DNA from: Alphaproteobacteria bacterium | GTDB taxonomy: Bacteria > Pseudomonadota > Alphaproteobacteria > Micropepsales > Micropepsaceae | DNA length: 50,649 nt | Assembly (NCBI GenBank): GCA_027492655.1 | Contig: JAPUEF010000225.1 | Location: 1-50,649 of the forward strand | Direction of reading: 5' to 3' | Position numbers and translations under genes: made by a program | The notes under the pieces: generated by a model | Databases searched by the model: none | The model's input: the letters and a program-made list of their open reading frames with translations, nothing else | What the model was told of the DNA's origin: nothing | Shown here: one piece after another, positions 49,602 through 50,649 of the stretch | Numbering within the stretch: the stretch's first letter is position 1 | Layout of the letters: every line of letters starts with the position of its first letter

Positions 49602-50013
49602 GCGATTCCACCAGCGCGAGCCGGTCGTAAATGACCTCCTGCGCGACGACTTTGCCGCCCCGGATCGTATAACGCGCCGCGTAGCGTCCCGAGATCGGCG
49701 CGCCGGTCGGGGCGATCTCGCCGCCGCCCGGCAGCGCCAGCGGCCCGGTGTGACGCCCGGTCATCACCGCGAAATCGACGATCTCGTCACCCTTTTCGAA
49801 CCGCGCATAGGTTTCGACGCCATTCTCGCTGAATGCTCCCAGCCATATTTTTTCGGCCTCGATCCGGGCCGGCTTGCCCGAAAGCGCAACGCCAGGCGCA
49901 CGATAATCGACATCGTCGGACCAGTGCGCGGCGATGGCGGCCAGGTCGCCGCGGCGGAAGGCTTCGTGCATCGCATCGACGATCTGGGCCGGGGTCGGTT
50001 CGGTTGCGGGCAT
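49591..50013 (-). CDS. SnoaL-like/NTF2-fold (ester cyclase-like) protein
   Basis: AGGAG RBS; AF..GD, G.HTGPL...GG.I.PTG and GGKV...YD motifs. Confidence 0.82.
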   Translation of the reverse strand: MPATEPTPAQIVDAMHEAFRRGDLAAIAAHWSDDVDYRAPGVALSGKPARIEAEKIWLGAFSENGVETYARFEKGDEIVDFAVMTGRHTGPLALPGGGEIAPTGAPISGRYAARYTIRGGKVVAQEVIYDRLALVESLKT

Positions 50014-50030
50014 GGCGTTTCTATCTCCTG

Positions 50031-50649
50031 TCAGGTGTAGGGGGCGAGCCGCTGGGCGCGGAACCAGGCGACGGTGTCGCGCAGGGTCTCTTCGATGGGG
50101 CGGAAGACGAGGCCGAGTTCGGCCGCCGACTTGGCGCTGCTGAAGTTCGTCCGCCCGGCTTCCGCCGCCAGGCCTTTCACGGCGGCCCAGCTGAGCAGCA
50201 CCGGCTTTCCGGTGAGTCGTGCATAGAGCTCCTGCGCGCCGCCGATGGCGAAGAGCAGGGCCAGCGGCAGGTGGCGCGTGGGCGCGGGCACGCCCGTTAC
50301 GCGCTCCAGGATCGGGAACAGCTCGGCGAGCGACAGGCTGCGGCCCGCCGCGAGATAGCGTTCGCCGCGCCGCCCCCGCGCCGCCGCCGCGATCTGCGCC
50401 GCCGCGACATCGCGCGCATCGACGAAGGAAAACGTGGCGGGCGGGATGCCCGGCAGGCGGCGGTGCATGAAGTCGAGCGCCGTCTGGCCTGCAGACGTGG
50501 GACCGGCATCGCCAGGCCCCCACATCCAGGCCGGCAGGACGAGACTGGCGTGAAGATCGGGCCGGGCGTCCAGCGCCCTGAACACGACCTCGTCGGCGAG
50601 AATCTTGCTGCGATAGTAGTCGTCGGCGTCGTCCTTCCCGCGCAGCATG
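50031..50649 (-). CDS. NAD-dependent epimerase/dehydratase (DFR-like), 3' part only
   Basis: YYRSK, P....GPGD..PT..G, VDARDVA and ELG..FRP.EETLRDTV.W motifs. Confidence 0.88.
   Translation of the reverse strand, partial: MLRGKDDADDYYRSKILADEVVFRALDARPDLHASLVLPAWMWGPGDAGPTSAGQTALDFMHRRLPGIPPATFSFVDARDVAAAQIAAAARGRRGERYLAAGRSLSLAELFPILERVTGVPAPTRHLPLALLFAIGGAQELYARLTGKPVLLSWAAVKGLAAEAGRTNFSSAKSAAELGLVFRPIEETLRDTVAWFRAQRLAPYT

Overview
A high-GC alphaproteobacterial chromosomal segment with about 57 genes, mostly core genome. I found no rRNA, tRNA, CRISPR array, transposase or prophage. The backbone follows gene orders typical of Alphaproteobacteria: scpA (methylmalonyl-CoA mutase)...DUF3108/meaB-rpmB...phytase-like-cobT-cobS-J-domain/bolA...aroB-aroK/small protein-Ala-rich exported protein-xerD...accA, then mutT-Flp pilin/methyltransferase/comF-grxC-nitrilase-DUF1178...ubiG/lysC-ptsP...rodZ-ispG. 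Single accessory genes and small operons are interleaved: a peptidoglycan-binding + HExxH metallopeptidase, a DUF2130 coiled-coil putative nuclease, malyl-CoA lyase, an ECF41 (SigJ) operon with its own promoter, two epoxide hydrolases around a lipoprotein, and a stand-alone RelA/SpoT-type HD hydrolase. The best candidate for an under-described system is the J-domain + 'CobS' (MoxR AAA+) + 'CobT' (VWA) module with divergent bolA and no cobN or other cob genes in the window; it may be a chaperone machine and not a cobaltochelatase. Other notable items: an S9 peptidase broken at its catalytic Ser by a degenerate 40-nt duplication (probably an assembly artefact), a deleted SDR pseudogene, several probable leaderless promoters, four convergent gene pairs sharing a CTAG stop, and two related palindromic repeats. 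All family calls come from motif recognition by eye, not from database searches.
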